Shown: in pieces, positions 55,825 to 64,000 of the stretch
How the letters are laid out: the number at the start of each line of letters is the position of its first letter
Numbering within the stretch: the stretch's first letter is position 1
NCBI GenBank assembly: GCA_964016885.1
Contig: OZ024743.1
Coordinates: forward strand, 27,652,001 to 27,716,000
Length of the DNA stretch: 64,000 nt
Origin: Eledone cirrhosa
Lineage: Eukaryota
Direction: 5' to 3'
Notes under the pieces: model-generated
The model's database searches: none
What the model saw: the letters and a program-made list of their open reading frames with translations, nothing else
What the model was told of the DNA's origin: nothing
Made by a program: the position numbers and the translations under genes

Positions 55825-56595
55825 TGTATGTGTGTGTGTCAGTGTGTGTGTGCGTATGTGTGCGTGTGTGTGTGAGTGTGTGTGTATAGGTCTATGCGTG
55901 TGTGTGTGAGAGAGTTTGTGTATATGTGTGCGTGTGCGTGTGTGTGACTCAGTGTGTGTGTGAGAGAGTGTGTGTATGTACGTCTGTGTGAGTGTGTGTA
56001 AATGCGTGTGCCTGAGATGGTGTATTTGAATGTGTGCGTATGTGTGTGAGTGTGTGTATGAGAGTGTGTGTCTGAATGTGTGTGTATGCGTAGGTGTGTG
56101 TGAGAGTGTGTGTGTATAGGTTTGTGCGTGTGTGTGTGAGATAATGTGTGTATGTATGTGTGTGAGAGTGTGTATATGTGACTGCGTGAGAGTGTGTGTG
56201 TGTATGGGTGTGAGTGTGTGTATGAGTGTGCGTATTTGAATGTGTGTGTGTATGTGTTTGAGTGCGCGTATGAGCGTGTGTCTGAATGTGCATGTGTATA
56301 TGAGTGTGTGTATTTGATGTGTGTGTGTATTGTGTGTGAGTGCGAGTATGAGCGTGTGTCTGAATGTGCGTGTGTACGTGAGTGTGCGTATTTGAATGTG
56401 TGTGTGTATGTGTGTGAGTGCGCGTATGAGCGTGCGTCTGGATGTGCGTCTCTATGTGAGTGTGCGTACTTGAATGTGTGAGAGTGCGCGTATGAGCGTG
56501 TGTCTGAATGTGCGTGTTTATGTGTGTGAGTGTATGTATGAGTGTGTGTGTCTGAATTTCTATGAGTGTGTGTGTCTGAATGTGTGTGTATGTGA
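55825..56595. repeat. Compound (TG)-rich minisatellite with recurring TCTGAATGTG/TATTTGAATGTG
   Basis: Visible degenerate higher-order repetition. Confidence 0.8.
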
Positions 56596-57129
56596 TGGGA
56601 ATGCAATATTATATCTGATTTCTCCATGCTATCTTCTTCCGTGGCATATAAGTTTTGTTGTGCTTCTACAGTGATTTCCGACAACTACTGAACCAGACAA
56701 TGAATGGATGGTAATCAAAGAAACAACTCGAATAACATACATCACGACTTAGAAAACCACTGTATGCGATTTACAATAGACTCACATATAAAATAATGAC
56801 TGAATTGGTTAATAGCAAACATTATATAGATAAAACAATTCAGAAACATGAATTTACAGGTAAACAACATCGAAGGTGGACAATGAAAGATTTGGACAAA
56901 GAATTACCAAATGAAATGACGACACCGACACATCATCGTAGTAAAACAGCATCATAAACGACTAACTGAAAAGAAGAGACTTAAACGAACGATTAATCCC
57001 TACCATTGAATATATATAATCTGTACAAATAGCGAAAGAAAATAGTTATCGTTTGATTATTGCAGTAGCGTGGAACACTAATCACTGTATTGTTCAATAC
57101 AGCAACCTATCAAGTTCCCATATCTGATG

Positions 57130-57450
57130 CAGCGACTCGTCGGGGTGTCATTCTGGCTGTCAGCAGTTGCCATCGGTCTCTATCTTCCGCCAGGTGCAGA
57201 AGTATTCCATATCAGCTGTAAATGTAGAGCTCTTACACTCATACAGAACGATCGAAGTCACCACGGACTTGAATAATTTAAGTCTCGTTGGAGAAATGAT
57301 GAAGATGATTTTCAATATTATGTTTCGTCATAAAAGAAAATGCCTGACTACATCTTGTCGTTATCTCCTTTGGTGATCCGTTCTCTTTGGTCAAAGTAGA
57401 TTCAAGGTACTTGACTTTGTCCATTTCTTCACATTTTCCTTCGTTCATAT
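57130..57450 (-). mobile_element. RTE-like LINE 3' remnant
   Basis: EEMDKVKYLESTL..KEI..R, LFKSVVTSIVLYECKSST (cf. LLYGCESWT), LAEDRDRW. Confidence 0.55.
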
Positions 57451-58084
57451 GATACTGCTTGTTGTATTCTGGTTATGACTTTTAACCTGAATATTTCTCT
57501 TTTCTCAATATTAATTCTGTTTAAATAGATCCTACTCCATATATTCGTTGTTTTCTTTCATTACAGTTGACATATATTATAATCGAATGTAGACAACCAC
57601 TAGACACCCTAAATTTTAATGTTCAAATTCCCATTGAATATGTTATTAGATATTGTAATTATATAGCTTGAGTACATTTCAAGCATCATTCGTTGGAGTT
57701 TCTATTATACGAATGAAACTTGCGATGGATTAGTGACCTGGAAACTGTCTATACCTTAACGTCTTAACTCAAGCCTTGGGAATTAAATTGAGAAGACAGA
57801 AATATGAATTTTTCTCTTTGAAAATTAAAATGTACAAATATCTGTATTTCTTTTCAGTCCCATTGGTCGTTATAGTGAATAATATCAAGCATACATACAT
57901 ATATAATAATACTGTAGTAAAATATAGCCCTCGTACATTAGTAGAAAAGGTACAAATTTATTTCATGTAGAAATGACCTCTACGAGACTAAAAATGTTTC
58001 ATTCATTAGAGATCAATAGGAAGGTCTTCCATATTGATTTCAAGAAAATGAAACAGTTCTATCTTAAGTAAATACACACATTCA

Positions 58085-58161
<77 letters not shown>

Positions 58162-58332
58162 GAGGATATATGTATAGTAAGAGAGGAGGGGAAGGAGAAA
58201 GAGAGAGATAGAGAGATGCGATACAGATTACTAAATGCCGATAGCCAAAGTGAGGTGGGCTCAATGCTTCGGTTAGCAGTGTTAAATATTACAGAGGGGT
58301 TAATATTTAGTAGAATGTTCAAGCAGAGCAGG

Positions 58333-58724
58333 TATAAGCAAAATGAATAAATGTAGGAGTCGCAAGTCGTTTTAACAAAATATTTTTATAATTCTTACAC
58401 AATGTTTCGCCCACGTTAAAGAATAATTGTTTCTACTTTAGGCACAAGGCCAGCAAATACCCAGTGCATTACTGGTACTTTATTTTATCGACCCCGTAAG
58501 GATGAAAGGCAAAGTCAACCTCGGCGGGATTTGAACTCAGATCGTAAAGGGACGTAACTATGCTGGAAAGCATGGCGTCCGACCCTCTACCGATACTGCC
58601 AATCTACCGTTAAAGAATAATGTAGGCTCTTCAGAGAAAGTATATTTGTTAGTACAACATCATGTAAGAATTATAAAAATACTTTGTTATAACGACTTGC
58701 GGCTCCTACAATTATTCAGTTTGC

Positions 58725-58728
<4 letters not shown>
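58333..58728 (-). mobile_element. Fold-back element whose hammerhead motif is interrupted by a SINE
   Basis: ~58333-58406 inverted against ~58656-58728. Removing the SINE restores minus-strand CTGAAGA GCCTAC ATTATTCTTTAAC GTGGGC GAAAC ATT GT. Confidence 0.7.
58428..58607 (-). mobile_element. Full-length SINE A with 14-bp TSD
   Basis: CGTTAAAGAATAAT at 58414-58427 and 58608-58621. Confidence 0.9.
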
Positions 58729-58822
<94 letters not shown>

Positions 58823-59869
58823 ATATATATATACATACGCACACACTCTCACACACACACTCTCTCTCTCACACACACACACGCGCGCGCGCACATACAC
58901 ACTCACACACACACAAATATATATATATATACACACACATTCCTGCACGTGTTTATATTTACATACATGAACTAAAATTCGGAATCTTCGTGCATTCAGA
59001 AACAAGCCTGCAAGTAACATGCATAAACGCTGCAAGTTATTACCACACTAAAACCTTCTCTTCATATATATATACATGCACGCCTAGTAATGGAACGTAT
59101 TATGCCTATTTTATTTCATAGATGCAGTTGACACCTCACATTCGCATTAGCTACTTAAAATCCCGTGAGAAAATATACTAATTTTCCTTCTCATACCTAC
59201 TGTTATCAACGACATAAGGGCGGAAAGATATTTATGAAGAAGTTAATATATATATACAAGTTAATCGAAAGATCTATAACTTAATCGTTTTCGAATGTAC
59301 TGATAATATTGTTTCATGAATAGATATATCAGTGAGACCATCTGTTGCGTAAATGATAGTTAAGTTCCAGTTAGCAAATTTAAATATCAGATAAACGTAA
59401 ATTAATTTAATTCTTAAAATCTTTTCACCATGACATATCCTTGATAATATGATTCCATGAGCTACGTAGATAATTTTTACACCTGTTGCTGTTATTCTTG
59501 TTAAACCCACATCATTTCCGATAATACAGATTAAGGTTTGCGAAGTATTTCAGGAGTGTCAATAAAGTACGTTTGTGTGTATGTGAGTGGGTAGCTATCT
59601 ATAGGATAGTATTATCGAATGTATATTAGAAATATCAAAAACTTGGAGAGTGTTTCGTTACATTGCAACGTTTAGTTTATCTCCTGTCTATATAATTTCC
59701 ATATTTACAACTTTACTTATTGTTATGCATACATTAGATTATCATACAGTTAAGTTATCCGAGATATACAACGAAGGAAGTTTTTGAAATAACTAAATCT
59801 CACTCAGATTATCTTAAAAGAAGAGACGACACTGTAGGTAATCTAGATAGTCTTAGGTACTCAATATCT

Positions 59870-61047
59870 GGATATGTTTGGAGATTATCCAAGTAATCTG
59901 GTCCCAATGACACGCGGAACAAATTAACAACTTGATTATCGTCAACGCCCAGAGTTTTGCCAATATTCTCGTCGCTTTTACCCAGAACTAATACTTTATC
60001 AAACATCAAAGGGGAGTTTCCAACATCCACATTATCCGACTAGTAGATGGCGTTTGTGCTTGTCGACATTCCTGTTACCAGGCGTCCCCACACTGCTTTC
60101 GCTTATCCACGGCTGCAACTTTATCATAGAGATGGATAGGGCAAAGGTGTGTCTGACAAACAGTGGCCACACCTGTTCACCGTCAGTGTGTCGCTGGAGA
60201 TATAGCCTTAGAGAATACCTGCAGATCATCAGCCAGGACTTTGCCATAAGAGGAACGTATCTGTCTTCAGTCATTCAGTCGCGTCCACCGCAACTCTTTC
60301 TCTACAGAGACCGGACACAGAAAAACTGCTTGCCCTTCTCGGCTAAAAGAAAGCGGCGGGGCGATCTTCACGTTTGAGTCGACGGATAGTCTGATCCGTC
60401 ATACACACGTTATTAGCACTCCGAAAAAAACTCCACAGGTCGGCAATACTCAGACACAGAACGAGTGCGTGCAGAATGCTTTCATCGTTCCACGTGCATC
60501 TCGTACATATCAGTCTGACAGCACTTCCGTGCTGCCTCTAGAGTTTGGCTTGAACTGTCAGTATCGCCCGGTAGCACCGCTAAGTTAGGGGTTTCTGGAA
60601 ATTGTCCATAGAACACGACTCGAAAGAGACTAGATAGTTCGATGACGCCTAGAGTTTCTCCGAAAACGTCGTCGCCCAACACTAGTCCTCTATAGAACTT
60701 TAGAGAGTCAGTACGTACAAATAGAAGAGAATGCATCCTTGACGGACTGGTTAAGTGATCTTGTATCCGAGGAGATACCACTGTAGATTGCAGCGAACCA
60801 GCCTCTGAAAACGAGACCGAAGCCAGCTGCCTTGAGGACAGCCTCCAGTATCGATGGTCGACCCTATCGAAAGCTTTTGATTGATCTAAGTTTACGCCCT
60901 ACCCTCACTATGATGTATCGCATGAGGTGGAGGTTTTCGTGTATTGACCAGGTCCTGATTACGCAAGCCAGCGCCTCACCTACCAGACCCTTGATAAGAA
61001 GCGCCAATCTCGTTGCTAGCACATTGGCTAAAATCTTATACTCTGTG
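59870..61047 (-). mobile_element. Old scrambled fragments of the same Tx1/L1 LINE lineage as 12976-16374
   Basis: GKSDENIGKTLGVDDNQVVNLFR and GDDVFGETLGV match GKSDDVLGETLGVDDNQLANLF; 60790-61047 matches KILAKV..IHDNLHLMRYI..DQSKAFDRV. Confidence 0.8.
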
Positions 61048-61379
61048 TAAAATCAAACGAAATAATGCAATAAAGAAAACATTAATTTAGAAACATATGA
61101 AGGTTGTGGAAGAAAACAATTTACCATATTGTGTTTGGATTCCTTGTCGTCGCCAAAATGCAAGTATTGCTATGATAGAGTTGGTTATTTCATACACCAG
61201 ATGTTATTTGAGCATTGTGAATTACAGAAAAAAATGGTGATATAATTATTCACTAGAAAATGTCTTAAAGAATGAGAAAGTGAACAAATTCAGTGATATG
61301 CTAAACCAAGCAGTGAGTGAGGGCGAGAAAGAGAGAAGGCGGGGATCGGGAAAGGAAGAGAGGGCAGGGGGGGGGGGGG

Positions 61380-63260
61380 TTGAAGCTATTCGACTGGTTA
61401 TTGTTGTCAAAAACCACCGGAAAGGGAAGAGATTTCAATTGAAATGTCAGTCCCAACAGAGGAAAATGTATTTCTAAAAGAAATGGAAAAATGTTTCAAA
61501 TATAAAGATATGAAAACCAAGTTAACTAGAATGTGGCAAATGAAAGCAGAGATAATCTAATCATAATAGATGCAGAGAGAATGGTTAAAAACATAACATA
61601 TAGATGAATATGTATCCATATCCCCAAACATACAACCATGAAAATAACACTGCACACATATTACGCACACATATTTCGCACACAGCTATCAATGGCTTAC
61701 ATTACACAAAACCGCACAAAAATTCATCATCTATTCGAAACACACTTGGCGGCGCTCGGTTGTGCAATGAGAGCACACTTATAAAACTACTGAAAAAATA
61801 ATACTAAGAAAAGAGGAGTGGAATGCGCTTGCCTTGGGAGAACAACAAACCCTATTTTGTATATACCACAAGTTAACCACAAGTTGTATGCTACAAATGA
61901 TAGTTATCTAGAAAGACTTCACGCATATCTCAGGGAATTATTAAAATAATTGTTATGATATTCTTGCCAAAGACATGCGCAAACTGTGTAACTGTGTAGA
62001 GAATGAATATTAATGAACAACAACACTAATATCATGTGTAAGTCACACTAAGATAAAAGTATTATACCATATACCGACTAACAGATAGTTAAGAAATAAT
62101 GGACCAACAGAATACATCCCATGCGAATGAAAGAAACTCGGAAGCATCTTTATCGACACAATATATTAATGCTTAAGGCAAAGCTAAATGCAAAATGTTG
62201 TTAATAGGCAACATTGAATTACTTGTCCCAACAATATGTTATAATAATATTATTCACAACTGGGTGCTAAATTAATAGACAAAACTAGACATAAAATTAA
62301 TCAGGGTAAACAATAATGCTTTTAGAATATAAATATTTCAAATCTGACAGAATGATTATATTAACAAGGAATTCAGGTCGTTGGGAGTTTTGTGCAACCA
62401 GAAAACTATTATAGAATATCAAATACGACAATAAATATGTCTTGTAAATTGCAACGGAAGATTAATATATAACGATGCAAATGGGAATAATACGAAAACT
62501 TGCTCCTATCTTCGAGGAAAGTAATAAATACAAAACAAAGGTTGTAATAACAAAGATTTTCAAGGGAAACGAAATGCAACTACAGAAATTCTGAAAAAGG
62601 CCAACGAAGCTAAAATGCAGAAATGCATTAGTATATCAAATGATGGCTAGAAACGCTCCTCAATGACTAATAACTGGAATAAATAATAAACTAAATGCGG
62701 TGGAAAATAGAGAATATCCACAATACATTCTGCGAAGCTCAAAACGCAGGGTTAAGACCAAAGAGTTTTGATTACCAGAAACCACCCAAATCGTGCAATG
62801 ATGTAGAATATAATAAGTAAATACAGGATATGTGGGGAGTGGTGTGTCTCAATTAACCACATTTTCTCTGGGTATTCAGTCTTAACCACGAGATAACGCA
62901 TATAAAGACATCTCGAATTTAGAACACTCATATAATACAATTTATGCAAATATAAAATACTGACAGAAAATTGGTGATTTAAGCATATAATTGACAATAG
63001 GTAGGAGAATGTCAGAAGACGATCATATTCTTGAATATGTCGTCTATACAGGCAGATACATCAATGTTAATCGGATAGATGCTGTAGTCAAGGATATCTA
63101 TATAACTACTAAACGTAAGTGTGACATTATCAAAATATATAAATCTTTAAATATGAATAGCCAGGACGTTGGCATTGATAATATAATAGGTAGTGGGTGA
63201 CTAAATAGGATTCAAATAAACATACACACAAACTTCTAGACTTAGACACACAAAACACAT
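61380..63260 (+). mobile_element. Decayed R4/Dong-like RT/RLE remnants (at least two pieces)
   Basis: IEMSVPTEENVFLKEMEKCFKYKD..RMW (~61440-61540); ILEYVVYTGRYINVNRIDAVVKD (ORF 62991-63200; cf. ILWD....TD..I..NRPDIVVKD). Confidence 0.5.
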
Positions 63261-64000
63261 TTAGAGCTATAGAAAAAACAGTGCACGTATCTGCTGTACC
63301 CCCCTTCCCCCACACACACTTACCAATGAATGCACCCGATAAAACATTAATAATTTATTTTAATTGCCAAAACAATAAAAATTCACAAAGTCATATATGT
63401 GTTTGAGTATAAATATATAGAGAGAAATGACACAAAGACAATATATAATTAAGTACTTAATAATCCGTTACAACGGATATTCTGTAACGTATAATCTTCC
63501 TTACTGTCATAAAGAAAATACAAATGAGAAGTTTGATATTCATACCTTTCCGTGTAGAATCTGATCTGGTTTAGTGCTTATCCGATACTGATAGAAAATT
63601 ATCTTACTGAATGAAAGCGCACATTTATAGATCATGATTACATGTTGCTGACTTAGATATCAGGATGGTTTGATTAATTATCGTTTCCTTTTATAGTGTG
63701 AGACACATCTAATGGCGACGACGGAACTTATTGCATTCGGGAACAATAGTTTAATATTATCTTGAAGTTCGCCAACAGAACTATACATCAAAAACAATCA
63801 CCTTGCCGACTAACGAAGATCAGATTTTCCACTAAGCATGTTAATTAATTTTGTGAAATTATTGCTAATGTCTTTGTATTATCTCTCATTTTCTTTCAGC
63901 GTCGCTAACAATTCCGTCTAAACATTTCTTTTCTTTCTTTAAGAAGAAATTTTGAAGTAATTGAGAATTTTTAGCGTATGTTCACATCATCATTTACTTA

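Overview
AT-rich, microsatellite-saturated animal DNA. The SINE and (TA)n/(CA)n landscape resembles an octopus/cephalopod genome (inference, not shown directly). No intact host gene is recognisable; most ORF-track entries are microsatellite artefacts. Recognisable content: a near full-length but disabled Tx1/L1-clade LINE (~10.8-16.6 kb), R4/Dong-like RLE elements in (TAA)n, Hero-, RTE- and mariner-like remnants, two tRNA-type SINE families, two MITE families and several Penelope-like element (PLE) remnants of Naiad type (RT motif YRDDGL plus Cys-rich GIY-YIG). The most striking signal is a dense set of about 15 mostly sequence-unrelated short elements embedded in (TA)n. They share parts of one architecture: (TA)n, short inverted arm, apex, long arm with a type I hammerhead-ribozyme motif (CTGAnGA...GAAA, often palindromic stem III, UH), unpaired tail with YYGAGTRC (often followed by TTACC), (TA)n. 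They range from PLE-coding remnants to 120-bp pure hairpins, consistent with non-autonomous, ribozyme-bearing fold-back retroelements mobilised by Penelope/Naiad RT-EN. All folds and translations were done by eye.
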